From positions 2,272,001 to 2,336,000 of the forward strand of contig CBDCFN010000016.1 in assembly GCA_965216315.1 (NCBI GenBank): a DNA stretch of 64,000 nt, in the 5' to 3' direction. Position 1 is the first letter of the stretch. Each line of letters begins with the position of its first letter. Shown piece after piece: positions 41,616-52,536 of the stretch. The notes under the pieces were generated by a model. The model saw nothing but the letters and a program-made list of their open reading frames with translations. It searched no databases and was not told where the DNA came from. The translations under genes and the position numbers were made by a program. The DNA comes from a bacterium (GTDB lineage: Bacteria > UBA10199 > 2-02-FULL-50-16 > JAJFLM01).

Positions 41616-42265
41616 AACTCATCGCTCCTTCCATCCTTTCGGCCGATTTTGCGAACCTCGGCACTGAAATCCAGGCGGTCGAGCAGGCCGGCGCCGACTG
41701 GATCCACTGCGACGTCATGGACGGCCATTTCGTCCCGGCCCTGACGATAGGACCCATGCTGGTCGAAGCCGCGGCACGCAGCACGAGCCTCCCGCTCGAC
41801 GTCCACCTGATGATTGAAAATCCGGACGACTACATCCCCGAATTTGCAAAGGCGGGGGCCCAGTATATCACCGTCCATCAGGAGGCCTGCCCCCACCTGC
41901 ATCGGACGATACAGCTCATTAGAGACAACGGCGCCAAACCAGGCGTCTCGCTGAATCCATCGACCCCCGTCAGCACACTTGAGGACATTCTCGAAGACGT
42001 GGACCTCGTACTGATCATGACCGTCAATCCGGGTTTTGGGGGCCAGGAGTTTATCGAAGGCTGCCTGCCCAAGATCTCCAAGCTGCGTCAAATGATCGAT
42101 GCGGGCACGCACCCCGTCCTCCTCGAGGTCGATGGCGGCGTCAAGGCCCACAACATCGCCCGCCTCTCCGAAGCGGGGGCCGATGTCTTCGTCGCCGGGT
42201 CTGCCATCTTTGGCAGCGACGACTATGCTAGCACCATCGCAGCCTTTCGCAAGGCCATCGCCTAG
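41612..42265 (+). CDS. rpe: Ribulose-phosphate 3-epimerase
   Basis: IAPSILSADF, HCDVMDGHFVP, DVHLM, MTVNPGFGGQ, VDGG. Confidence 0.97.
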   Translation: MKLIAPSILSADFANLGTEIQAVEQAGADWIHCDVMDGHFVPALTIGPMLVEAAARSTSLPLDVHLMIENPDDYIPEFAKAGAQYITVHQEACPHLHRTIQLIRDNGAKPGVSLNPSTPVSTLEDILEDVDLVLIMTVNPGFGGQEFIEGCLPKISKLRQMIDAGTHPVLLEVDGGVKAHNIARLSEAGADVFVAGSAIFGSDDYASTIAAFRKAIA

Positions 42266-42418
42266 ACCTGATCTGCGTCATTTCATAGCGAACAAAGTGA
42301 GCGAGAGGGGGAGGCTCCAGGAGCTTTGCTTCTGGAGGGGGCGACGCAAGCCCCTACGACGTCCTGGTGCGTCATAAATCCTGGACAATGCGTCATTGGA
42401 TATGTAAGCATAGGATGT

Positions 42419-42628
42419 ATGGAGCTCGAAATCTATCGTGCCGCAATCGGAGGACTCGGACCGTGGGAACTGGTCATCATTCTCGCAGTCGTCTTAGTCG
42501 TGTTTGGTGCCGGCAAGCTCCCGAAGGTGGGATCATCAATCGGTGAGGCCCTCAAGAATTTTAAAAAATCAGTCAGTAGTGACGATGACGATCAAAATAA
42601 GAAACCGGATGGAGGGGATGCATCATGA
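42419..42628 (+). CDS. tatA: Twin-arginine translocase TatA/E subunit
   Basis: GLGPWELVIILAVVLVVFGAGKLPKVGSSIGEALKNFKK; exact start uncertain. Confidence 0.9.
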   Translation: MELEIYRAAIGGLGPWELVIILAVVLVVFGAGKLPKVGSSIGEALKNFKKSVSSDDDDQNKKPDGGDAS

Positions 42629-43143
42629 CGGCCAAAAAGGAACGGATAATTAAGCGCTATCAAAACCGTAAGCTCTATGACACGAGCCAAAGCCGGTACG
42701 TAACGCTCAACGATATCGCCGACATGATCAAGAACGGTGAAGACGTCAAGATTATTGATAACCAGTCCAAAGAGGATCTGACCTCGCTGACTTTGACGCA
42801 GATTATCTTTGAACAAGAAAAGAAGAAAAAAAGCCTCCTCCCGCTTCCAGCGCTGCGGGACATCATTCGCAGTGGACCGAGCCAAGTCGTCGATTTTGTC
42901 GCCAGTAAGGCCGACGAGGTCGTGCACTCCATTACCCATGCCCGCGATGAGGTGGAAGACTATCTGGATAAAATGATCAAAAAAGGCGATCTCTCGCTCG
43001 AAGATATGCGCCAGCTCCTCCGCTCCTTCGTCGACAATAAGATCAAGCCGAAGATCGGTGTCCCCGGCTTCCAGTCCGAAGTCCATCAGATGCGCAAGAA
43101 GATCGACGATCTGGAGAAGAAGCTTCAGCAGTATGAAAAGTAG
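42625..43143 (+). CDS. PhaR-like (PHA synthesis regulator) DNA-binding domain protein
   Basis: IKRYQNRKLYDTSQSRYVTL, EDLTSLTLTQII. Confidence 0.85.
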   Translation: MTAKKERIIKRYQNRKLYDTSQSRYVTLNDIADMIKNGEDVKIIDNQSKEDLTSLTLTQIIFEQEKKKKSLLPLPALRDIIRSGPSQVVDFVASKADEVVHSITHARDEVEDYLDKMIKKGDLSLEDMRQLLRSFVDNKIKPKIGVPGFQSEVHQMRKKIDDLEKKLQQYEK

Positions 43144-44066
43144 TGTTCGCAGACCTGTCTCGAAAAAAGCTCATCCTCGTCTCCGGTAAAGGGGGCGTCG
43201 GCAAAACGACGATCAGCGCGGCGCTCGCCTGGCACTTAAGCCAGGCTGGCCGCAAGGTCCTGCTCGCTACGATCGATTGCGAGGACCAAATCCCCTCCCT
43301 CTTTGACCGCAAGCCGATGGGCTATGAACCGAGTCCACTCCGCCCCCAACTCTCCGGCATCAACATTACCGCCCGTAAGGCTTTTGAAGAATATGTCGTC
43401 CGACAGATCATGTTTCACTCGATCTATTCAGCCGTCTTCGACAATAAATACGTGCGCGCTTTTATTGAGGGCACCCCGGGCATGGCGGAGCTCATGTGCA
43501 TCGGTAAGGTCTACGACATGGTCGATGAATACGACACGATCGTGCTCGATGCCCCCGCAACCGGACATGGTAAGTCGCTCCTCCAAGTCCCGACGGTTGT
43601 TGCCGAAGCCGTCCGGGTTGGTCCTCTGAAGACAAATTCCGAGAAAATTGAAGCCCTTCTTAAGGACTCAACAAAAACCGGCCTGCTCATCGTCAGTCTT
43701 GCCGAGGAAATGCCGGTTGAGGAGACCCTCGAACTGCGGGAATGGATCCAAAGCCATCTCGGCATTGAGCCAACCGGGGTTATCATTAACGGCCTGTTTA
43801 CACCGTTGTTCCCCCACCACTCCGATCAAGAACGATGTGAGACTTTTTTCCGCGAACACAACTCCAACCCCGTCATGGAAGGCTTACGTCATAGCTATTA
43901 TATGCGCATGAAACGCTCGGAGCTCCATGCGCACTACACGCAACAGCTGCAAGAACAACTTAAAGGGCTCCCAACCGTAGAAATCCCGTTTTATTTTTGC
44001 GAATCTATTGGGACAACTGAGCTCAAAGACATTGGAGAACGCATCGAAAGCCATGAATCAACGTAA
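43143..44066 (+). CDS. ArsA/Get3-like ATPase
   Basis: GKGGVGKTT, DAPATGH, EEMPVEE. Confidence 0.88.
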   Translation: MFADLSRKKLILVSGKGGVGKTTISAALAWHLSQAGRKVLLATIDCEDQIPSLFDRKPMGYEPSPLRPQLSGINITARKAFEEYVVRQIMFHSIYSAVFDNKYVRAFIEGTPGMAELMCIGKVYDMVDEYDTIVLDAPATGHGKSLLQVPTVVAEAVRVGPLKTNSEKIEALLKDSTKTGLLIVSLAEEMPVEETLELREWIQSHLGIEPTGVIINGLFTPLFPHHSDQERCETFFREHNSNPVMEGLRHSYYMRMKRSELHAHYTQQLQEQLKGLPTVEIPFYFCESIGTTELKDIGERIESHEST

Positions 44067-45183
44067 AGGCAAACCCAAACTCTCCGCACTGATCCAATCC
44101 CAGGAGATTCTCGTCGTCTGTGGCAGCGGTGGCGTCGGCAAAACAACCTCGGCGGCCGCCATCGCAATGCAAGCGGCCATGATCGGCAAACGAGCTATCG
44201 TCCTCACGATTGATCCCGCCAAGAGATTGGCTTCTTCAATGGGTCTCGAGGCCCTCACGGATGAACCGATGCAAATACAGGACGATTATTTTCCGAGCCC
44301 GCCTAAGGGATCGCTCCATGCCATGATGCTCGATACCAAACGGACCTTTGATCGTATCATCGAAAAATATGCCCCCTCGGTGGAGGCACGACAGGCCATC
44401 TTGGAGAACCGTCTCTATCAACAAATGTCCAATATGCTCGCCGGCTCGCATGAGTACATGGCCATGGAACGACTGTATGAAATCCACCATGATGGTAATT
44501 TCGATCTGGTCGTCCTGGATACGCCACCGACGCGTAACGCCCTTAATTTTCTCGACTCACCTAAAAAAATGGTCGACCTGACGCGCCACTCCGTCATCAA
44601 GTGGTTTCTTAAACCAGGGGTCTTTGCCGGCAAAGTCAGCTTTGGGCTCTTCCAAAAAACAGCGGAAAAAGTCCTCAATGTCTTCGATCAACTTGCCGGT
44701 TTTAGTTTTCTCCATGAGCTAGCGGAAATGATTAGCGGCATGGCCGATATGTTGGGGGGGTTTGGTGAACGCGCCGAAAAGATTTATGAGCTGCTACGCT
44801 CGTCAAAAGTCAGTTTCATCTTAGTCGCTACTCCTGAAAAAATGGCATTGCAAGACGCACGCTACTTTCATGAGCAGATCGGCGAATATGAATTACCTCT
44901 CGCCGGTTTTGTATTTAACCGGGTCTATCCGAATTACATTCCATCGGAGGAAGCGATTGAAGAGGCCAGGGCCCAACTCAAATCACTCCCCAACAACGTC
45001 GAAATCGGCTTGATCAAGAATCTTGAGGACTTTTTTATGCTGCAAAAGAGACATGAATTGAGCATCAAGGAATTCAAAAAGGCATGTGGCTCCAAGACCT
45101 TCTACACGTCCGTCCCTTTTTTAGAGACGGACGTGCATGACATGGAAGGACTTGCCGAAATTAATCGGTATTTATTCGCTTAA
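44053..45183 (+). CDS. ArsA/Get3-like ATPase, second partner
   Basis: GSGGVGKTT, TIDPAKRLA, EYMAMERL, DTPPT. Confidence 0.88.
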   Translation: MNQRKGKPKLSALIQSQEILVVCGSGGVGKTTSAAAIAMQAAMIGKRAIVLTIDPAKRLASSMGLEALTDEPMQIQDDYFPSPPKGSLHAMMLDTKRTFDRIIEKYAPSVEARQAILENRLYQQMSNMLAGSHEYMAMERLYEIHHDGNFDLVVLDTPPTRNALNFLDSPKKMVDLTRHSVIKWFLKPGVFAGKVSFGLFQKTAEKVLNVFDQLAGFSFLHELAEMISGMADMLGGFGERAEKIYELLRSSKVSFILVATPEKMALQDARYFHEQIGEYELPLAGFVFNRVYPNYIPSEEAIEEARAQLKSLPNNVEIGLIKNLEDFFMLQKRHELSIKEFKKACGSKTFYTSVPFLETDVHDMEGLAEINRYLFA

Positions 45184-45184
45184 A

Positions 45185-45769
45185 CTATCCGAAGTATTCT
45201 TTGAGGCCTTCACTGTTCGGCTTCATCGACTTCTCACCCTCTTGCCAGTTGGCCGGGCAAACTTCGCCGTGTTTCTCATGAAACTGCAGGGCCTCCACCA
45301 TGCGAAGGGCCTCATCCACGCTGCGGCCTAATGGCAGATCATTGACCACTTGATGACGCACTTTACCATCCTTATCGATCAAGAAGAGACCACGATAGGC
45401 AATACCCGCACCTGGAACAAGCACGTCATAATCAGCGGCAATCGACTTACTCAGATCGGATACCAACGGATACGTCACGCCTTCGATACCACCGACTTTC
45501 TTAGGTGTATTGACCCACGCCAGATGAGAGAAATGTGAATCAACTGAACATCCAATAACTTGAACATCCTTGGCTTCAAATTCGGCCAGCTTCTCTTGAA
45601 AGGCATGGATTTCAGTCGGACATACAAAAGTAAAATCGAGGGGATAGAAAAAAAGTACGACATACTTCTTCCCCTTGAATTGCGACAAGGTAAATCCATC
45701 TTGGATATCGCCATTGACAACCGCGTTAGCTTTAAAATCTGGAGCCGGTTTTCCGACTAGTACACTCAT
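45185..45769 (-). CDS. ahpC: 2-Cys peroxiredoxin (AhpC/TSA family)
   Basis: FYPLDFTFVCPTE, GEVCPANW. Confidence 0.93.
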   Translation of the reverse strand: MSVLVGKPAPDFKANAVVNGDIQDGFTLSQFKGKKYVVLFFYPLDFTFVCPTEIHAFQEKLAEFEAKDVQVIGCSVDSHFSHLAWVNTPKKVGGIEGVTYPLVSDLSKSIAADYDVLVPGAGIAYRGLFLIDKDGKVRHQVVNDLPLGRSVDEALRMVEALQFHEKHGEVCPANWQEGEKSMKPNSEGLKEYFG

Positions 45770-45796
45770 GATTCACTCCTTTTTATCATCTTGTGA

Positions 45797-46213
45797 TTAC
45801 GTTGTTGCTATACAATCTTGACAAATCCCCGTGAGAACAACTGAGACAGAGTCGACACGATTGTTTGTCCTTTTTTCAAAATCTTTAAAAGTAGGCAGCC
45901 CACCCTCATCGGGAATATCTAAAATCGCGTGGCATTCCGAACAACAGAAATGGTGATGAGGCTTTGTCTCCGGGTCGAAACTGACCTGATCTTCGTAAAA
46001 CTTATATTTTCGGACCAAGCCCAATTCACTCAACATGTTGAGCGTATTATAAACAGTGGCCATGCTCATCGTCGGGTAGGCCGGCTTGAGATCTTCGTAA
46101 ACCCGCGCCGCAGTGGGATGGGACCTGTTGCCCTCCATATAATCGACGATCGAGAGGCGCTGCGGGGTAAGCTTGAAACCTGATTCCTTCAATTTTTCAG
46201 TGAGTTGGCTCAT
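45797..46213 (-). CDS. perR: Fur-family regulator, PerR-like
   Basis: LTPQR, HPTA, ATVYNTL, HHHFCCSEC, CQDC; directly upstream of the peroxiredoxin. Confidence 0.8.
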   Translation of the reverse strand: MSQLTEKLKESGFKLTPQRLSIVDYMEGNRSHPTAARVYEDLKPAYPTMSMATVYNTLNMLSELGLVRKYKFYEDQVSFDPETKPHHHFCCSECHAILDIPDEGGLPTFKDFEKRTNNRVDSVSVVLTGICQDCIATT

Positions 46214-46219
46214 TACTAA

Positions 46220-46252
46220 TTAAGAATAATTCTTAATTTAGAATTATTATAA
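46220..46252. promoter_or_regulatory. Two tandem PerR/Fur-type boxes
   Basis: ttaagaataattcttaa 46220-46236 and ttagaattattataa 46238-46252 (B. subtilis Per box TTATAATNATTATAA). Confidence 0.7.
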
Positions 46253-46276
46253 CTTAGAACAAGGAAGTCAAGGGGC

Positions 46277-46615
46277 CTATTCAGCCGTGTACGCCACGAT
46301 GGCCTCATGGTCCGTGGAGCCAAGGTCGATAAAACGGATCCCGAGTCCGGAGACACCAGGATAAGTAGGGGCCAGCTTTTCGAGCCGAACCACCTCGCCG
46401 GTCGTACGAATCGGCGCCTCCGTCGGCCCCAATGAAAAAGAAAGAAACATCTTCGTACCTAATTTGAGTGGAATTTCCGACTCGATAAACAGGCCACCCA
46501 AACTAATATCCGTTGTATAGAAGTAAATAAATCCTTCTCCGAATTCATCTTCGAGAACAACTTGAGTTCTCAAAGTCTTGCGCGGATGAATGCGTTTTTC
46601 AGATGCGTCTGCCAT
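46277..46615 (-). CDS. PilZ-domain protein
   Basis: KRIHPR (RxxxR), DISLGG (DxSxxG), GLGIRF. Confidence 0.9.
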   Translation of the reverse strand: MADASEKRIHPRKTLRTQVVLEDEFGEGFIYFYTTDISLGGLFIESEIPLKLGTKMFLSFSLGPTEAPIRTTGEVVRLEKLAPTYPGVSGLGIRFIDLGSTDHEAIVAYTAE

Positions 46616-47049
46616 TAGCCTTTGGCACTCCTTTTAAGTCGCCGTTTCTTAGGGGCCGGCGCCGGTTCTGTCGAACCACTGAGCGGATGAAATTTAGAAG
46701 CCACTCGATTGATGACGGTGATCAAGTCGTAAGGATAAAACGGCTTCGGCACGAGCTCGACCTTGTCTTCTTCGCGAGCCAACTCTTTGAGATCCATCCG
46801 TTGCGGGCCACTGATCAACACCGTCGGATATTCATCGATAAAGGCCGGCCGGCCTTCCTGCTCGATCGCATTGCCATTAATGAGAATCACGTGAGGTTTC
46901 GCTCGGCGTTGGCGGGCATCCAGACCGTCTGCACTCTCGGCAAATTCAATCCGATAACCGGGCAGATCCCTGAAGAGCAGCCCATACATATTCTTGGCTA
47001 ATTCCGAGCGATCAATGATCAAAAGACGCAAAGTAGAGGTGCGACGCAT
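46615..47049 (-). CDS. Atypical receiver-domain protein (pseudo-receiver)
   Basis: LLIIDRS, VILIN (Asn at the phosphoacceptor position), PTVLIS, KPF. Confidence 0.7.
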   Translation of the reverse strand: MRRTSTLRLLIIDRSELAKNMYGLLFRDLPGYRIEFAESADGLDARQRRAKPHVILINGNAIEQEGRPAFIDEYPTVLISGPQRMDLKELAREEDKVELVPKPFYPYDLITVINRVASKFHPLSGSTEPAPAPKKRRLKRSAKG

Positions 47050-47111
47050 GGGAGAGAACCTACTTCAATAGGACGCGGATGACAAGCCTTACGAAAAAGG
47101 CGTCATAGGTG

Positions 47112-47233
47112 GGCCAGGGGTGGGATTTGCTCGCTACGCTCACCGCAATCTAAGGAATTACATCCTGGTCTTCGCCTTCGGCGAAGCGGATTGTCGAACC
47201 CACTGCCTGTGGCAGGGGCTTCTCATCCTCCAC
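47112..47233 (-). repeat. tRNA-linked repeat-like element with an interrupted copy of the tRNA-Ser 3' end
   Basis: ggggtgggatt-[~65 nt hairpins]-tcgaacccac...cttctcatcc. Confidence 0.6.
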
Positions 47234-47238
47234 TACAA

Positions 47239-47276
47239 ATAAAAATAAGGACCCCAGTTAGGGTCCTTATTTTTAT
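47239..47276. terminator. Bidirectional terminator-like hairpin downstream of tRNA-Ser(GCT)
   Basis: ataaaaataaggaccc-cagtta-gggtccttatttttat. Confidence 0.75.
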
Positions 47277-47277
47277 G

Positions 47278-47364
47278 CGGAGAGGGTGGGATTCGAACCC
47301 ACGGTGCAGTTTCCCGCACACTTCCTTAGCAGGGAAGCGCCTTCAGCCACTCGGCCACCTCTCC
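47278..47364 (-). tRNA. tRNA-Ser(GCT)
   Basis: GGAGAGGTGGCCGAGTGGCTGAAGGCG-CTTCC-CTGCTAA-GGAAG, long variable arm, GGTTCGAATCC. Confidence 0.95.
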
Positions 47365-47611
47365 GATCCGAAAACGAAAGCGCAGCTTCCGCTTTCTTTA
47401 GTTAAGGGGAAGATACTGCTCTCCCCCTTAACTATCCCTCATCTGTCATAATCGCCTCAATTTCAAGATATTTTCTAAGGAGGGGGTACCAGCGAGCGCA
47501 GCGAGTGTCCGTAGGGGGAACCTGGGTTCCCCCTCGGAAATATTCGAAAGTGACAATTGGATTCAATCTATGAGCTTCGTTTTAGCGAAGCCCTCTAGGT
47601 CACTACAGATG

Positions 47612-47696
47612 CGGAGGGGGTGGGATTCGAACCCACGGTACCTTGCGGCACGGCGGTTTTCAAGACCGCTGCCTTCAACCACTCGGCCACCCCTCC
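47612..47696 (-). tRNA. tRNA-Ser(TGA)
   Basis: GGAGGGGTGGCCGAGTGGTTGAAGGCA-GCGGT-CTTGAAA-ACCGC, long variable arm, GGTTCGAATCC. Confidence 0.95.
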
Positions 47697-47925
47697 AATT
47701 CGCCAGCGAAAGCATGAGCTTTCACTGGCCTTAGTTAAGGGGGGAGATAAGGGCCTCCCCCCCTAACAATTCCCCTCTGTCTTGTTCAGACGGGGGTACG
47801 GAGAAGTGTCACATCCTAGCGACGTTGAAGTATGTTGGCAAGTCAGGTGTTCATTTACACACCCAAAAAGCCCCTCGCGGGGCTCTTGGGGTGTGTATTG
47901 GGTGATGTAAAGAAAAACTTTCAAC

Positions 47926-48468
47926 TTATTTTGCGTCAGCCACGACTCCAGTATCCAAATTAAGGTAGTGACGGTGTCTTCCCGTCGCATCTGTATAGAC
48001 AAGCTTAACTTCATGGTCGTTACGCCCTGCCGTAATACGGACATTCCGCTTAATGTAATTGAAGCCATTTAGGTCGCGATCAAATTTTCCAATAGTTGAA
48101 CCAATCAATCGATACTGACCATCCGACATCAACGCAGACGTTTCTTCCCAGCCAGAACCGTCACCCCAATACCGTGTATTATCATCTCTACGGGTTAGGG
48201 ATACGAAATGACGGTCCAAAGTTTTTTGGGCTCTTTTGCTGGTCTTGTAGCGTGTGTCATGATCGAGTCGATTTTTACATAGATCATCCAGTGCCCTCCG
48301 AGGATCGATTGAGCGCTCGACTCCATCGATTGTTTGGCAAAACGCATCCCCTTCATCGACAACCCCATTCTCATTGAGATCACGAACTCTCATGCCAGCG
48401 GGATTATTAGAATTGTACTCGTCGACAGATACCTGTTTAAATAACTTCGGATTCTTTATTTCCGCCAT
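47926..48468 (-). CDS. Hypothetical protein with an EF-hand-like DLNENGVVDEGD motif
   Basis: GGAGG RBS; promoter/box cassette upstream; terminator-like hairpin near 47856-47896. Confidence 0.7.
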   Translation of the reverse strand: MAEIKNPKLFKQVSVDEYNSNNPAGMRVRDLNENGVVDEGDAFCQTIDGVERSIDPRRALDDLCKNRLDHDTRYKTSKRAQKTLDRHFVSLTRRDDNTRYWGDGSGWEETSALMSDGQYRLIGSTIGKFDRDLNGFNYIKRNVRITAGRNDHEVKLVYTDATGRHRHYLNLDTGVVADAK

Positions 48469-48554
48469 CACACACCTCCATGCTTTTCAAATTTTCGTCA
48501 GTATTGACACGAGAGTTGCTACAAGAGAGGTATTTCCGTGTACTCTAAGTACAC
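48469..48554 (-). promoter_or_regulatory. Cassette: GTGTAC-N5-GTACAC box, CAAC-N16-ACGAAAA promoter, GGAGGTGTGT RBS
   Basis: Box 48538-48554; gttg 48515-48518; ttttcgt 48492-48498; divergent from regulator copy 5. Confidence 0.7.
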
Positions 48555-48631
48555 GCTCATAATGCCATATAGCCCTTTTTAAACACTAAATAAGTAGGAT
48601 ATTGTCCTTAATATAGACGGAAATTTCGGGT

Positions 48632-49486
48632 ATGATAGTACACGTGACCCCAGTCAAGCTCTTCGAATACCTCGATTACCGCGAATACCTCAAAGCTTGG
48701 TTTGAGGCAGCCAAACAGACACGGGCGGGGATGTCGTACCGGCTCTTTTCCAAGCGGGCCGGGCTCAAATCGACTAACTTCATCATGCTCGTCATGCAGG
48801 GCAAACGGAACTTGAGTGACAAAGCGGCCAAAATGGTCGCGAAAGGGCTCAAGCTGTCCAAGGAAGAGTCGGAGTTCTTCCGCTATCTCGTCCTCTTTAA
48901 CCAGGCCGAGGCCCATAACGATAAGGCCCTGTATTATGAGCAGATGCTGCAATTTCGACAGTACCGCAAGCACCGGCCGATTAGCCAGGAAGAGTATGCA
49001 TACTGCTCTCAATGGTATCATGCGGCCATTCGCGAGCTGATCCTTGATCCTGATTTTGATGGCAAGCCCACCTGGATCGCGGAACGGCTTGGCAATCGAA
49101 TTAGCCGCGAGGAGGCTGCAGAATCGCTGAAGTTACTGCAAAAACTGAACTTTGTGCAGCGCACCCCATCAGGTCGCTGGCAGCAACAGGATGTGACGCT
49201 GACGGCGGGATCTCGGGTTGTATCTCTCGAGTTATTCAATTATCATTTAAGTATGATGGCGCTGTCCCCCCAGTTACTTGAAAGCCTGCCCGGGCAGCGT
49301 CGCGATATGAGCGCGGTCACGATGGGTATCGCAGCAGGACGTTTGCCTGAGCTCAAAAAGAAACTCCAGAAATTCCGTAAGAGTCTCCTCAAATTTTCCG
49401 CTGAAGCGGCCGACCCCGAGGAAGTGGTGCAGGTCAATCTCTACATGTTCCCCTTAACCGTCCCGAAAGGGTGCAAAGACTCATGA
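48632..49486 (+). CDS. TIGR02147/DUF4423-like regulator, copy 5
   Basis: Same motif set as copies 1-3. Confidence 0.88.
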   Translation: MIVHVTPVKLFEYLDYREYLKAWFEAAKQTRAGMSYRLFSKRAGLKSTNFIMLVMQGKRNLSDKAAKMVAKGLKLSKEESEFFRYLVLFNQAEAHNDKALYYEQMLQFRQYRKHRPISQEEYAYCSQWYHAAIRELILDPDFDGKPTWIAERLGNRISREEAAESLKLLQKLNFVQRTPSGRWQQQDVTLTAGSRVVSLELFNYHLSMMALSPQLLESLPGQRRDMSAVTMGIAAGRLPELKKKLQKFRKSLLKFSAEAADPEEVVQVNLYMFPLTVPKGCKDS

Positions 49487-50124
49487 AATTCATATTACTA
49501 GGAACTCTGCTCTTCTTATTAAGTGCCTGCGCACCGGGGATGTCTCCCCTTAGCAGCAGTCCTACTTCAATGGATGCGGAAACGGCAGGTGGTGAGACTG
49601 CAGCTCCCGACGACGTCGACGCCGGGAGCCCCCAAGTTGGGGGGACTGAATTTGAAAATCCCGAAGCCGGCGGCGCGCCTCCCGATGTACCGGGAGAAGA
49701 TATCCCCGTCAGCGACGAAGATGATGACCCTAAAGGAAACCCTGCGGACACCGTACAAAACAATACGACACGTATTGTCGTAGGCCACTTACAAACCGAA
49801 GGGGGAGATAACGATGGCGCGGCCAACCCTCACGTCACGGTTCTCGGCTATGTGAACTCGAGTTGTCCCGCGGACGATCTTATCATCGTTGACCCGAACG
49901 CGAAGGAACAATCGGTCAAGATTGGTCCGAAATGTCTCTTTCAATTCAGTGCCCTAACAGGTCTTCATTACCAGGTACGCTTCCTAAAAGACGGCGAAAT
50001 GGTCGCTAAATTTCCCACGCCCCTACTGGTCAAACAGGGGAACCCCCCCCTCGACCTGGGGAAAATTCGATTTCAGGATGGGCTGGCAATCCGGACCGCT
50101 ATAGAAAAGAAACTCTCTCCCTGA
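49483..50124 (+). CDS. Lipoprotein, GGTEFENP-motif family
   Basis: MKFILLGTLLFLLSAC; GGTEFENP; C-x22-C-x-F..DLG; ATGA overlap with regulator copy 5. Confidence 0.85.
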   Translation: MKFILLGTLLFLLSACAPGMSPLSSSPTSMDAETAGGETAAPDDVDAGSPQVGGTEFENPEAGGAPPDVPGEDIPVSDEDDDPKGNPADTVQNNTTRIVVGHLQTEGGDNDGAANPHVTVLGYVNSSCPADDLIIVDPNAKEQSVKIGPKCLFQFSALTGLHYQVRFLKDGEMVAKFPTPLLVKQGNPPLDLGKIRFQDGLAIRTAIEKKLSP

Positions 50125-50130
50125 CAAATA

Positions 50131-50427
50131 TTAGCGATACTTTTCGGCCTTGTGGTGGTTATGCACCTTGATTTCTTTGGGAATCTCAACGTCCCGAAAG
50201 ATCATCTTACAACGATAGCAGACGAGTTGAGTCGGTACGACCAGAAAAAGGACACCATCAATGATAATAGCGCCGATCCACGAGAGATTATAGGTCCAAA
50301 AACTCGTCACCGCAGCCACCAGAATCACCGCAATCCCTAACTTTTTAGGAAAGCGCTTTTCCTTATAGACATCCGGGCATTGACATTCTGGACATATAAA
50401 AGGGCTTGTCTGTGCAGCTGCTTCCAT
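50131..50427 (-). CDS. Small membrane protein with two CxxC motifs
   Basis: CPEC, two TM segments, CYRC. Confidence 0.75.
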   Translation of the reverse strand: MEAAAQTSPFICPECQCPDVYKEKRFPKKLGIAVILVAAVTSFWTYNLSWIGAIIIDGVLFLVVPTQLVCYRCKMIFRDVEIPKEIKVHNHHKAEKYR

Positions 50428-50440
50428 CACTCATTCCTCG

Positions 50441-51258
50441 TTATGACGGCACGGAAGAAAATGCGAAGATAAACTGCGAAATCAGTTCGCCAATGATAAT
50501 AAATACAAAACCGATATACATAAAGGCGGTTGCTGACTGATTGGACCCGATGCGTGACGTCGACCAAATCATGTAGGCTAGAATGGCCGGGATCCCGAGA
50601 CCCACACAGATCCGCAACCAGAAGAAGATTCCATAGCCTTGAAAGGACGTCAGCAAGGCGACAATGGTCTTCATTTCGCCCGTTGGATTCATCAACAACC
50701 AAGTCGCCCCGACCGCCAGAATTTTAAGGGTGATTGTAATAATGACGATTGCCGCCATACGGTTAAGCAATTTTTTTGGCATATCCGTACCAACTAAATA
50801 CCAATGACCAAAAAGCATTCCGCCCAAAAAGGCTCCCAGCAGCCAGCTGGTCGTCAGGAAATGAGTCGTGACCAGAAATCCCGGCAAACCTAATGTGGGT
50901 CGAGCCCCCATGAAAAGGAGGCTATCAACGATAATTGCCGCAATGGCCAACAATCCGGTTAACTTCAAAAAAATCTTGTACGTATCCTTGAGGGTTAAAT
51001 AGATAATGCCCCAGCCTAGCAATGCCATCGCCGCAACCACACCGTACAAAACATTTGCATAGACAGTCAGGCTACTGGCTGGCACATCGCCATAGTGCCA
51101 ACGCAGCAATAATCCACCGATGATGAACAGAAAGGAGAGCAAATTAATCCACTTGAAAAAATTCGCATCTATTTCGTCTTGTTGAAGGAATAAGCAAAGC
51201 GCCAGCATTCCGCAGCCCATCTGCAACAGAAATAAGTTGAAAATAATAGTGACGCTCA

Positions 51259-51259
<1 letters not shown>
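50441..51259 (-). CDS. Hypothetical polytopic membrane protein
   Basis: About eight TM segments; MLFGHWYL and QSATA motifs. Confidence 0.8.

Positions 51260-52536
<1,277 letters not shown>

Noticed and set aside
42290..42360. GC-rich hairpin segment between rpe and tatA as an ncRNA or TatA extension
   Set aside because: Looks like a REP-like repeat remnant; single copy here, so not supportable further
43143..45183. Arsenic resistance operon
   Set aside because: No arsB/acr3, arsC or arsR; the paired single-domain ArsA-like ATPases beside a PhaR-like gene are not evidence of arsenite efflux
47112..50124. Genomic island or prophage integrated at tRNA-Ser
   Set aside because: No integrase, phage or transposase genes and no intact distal att duplication
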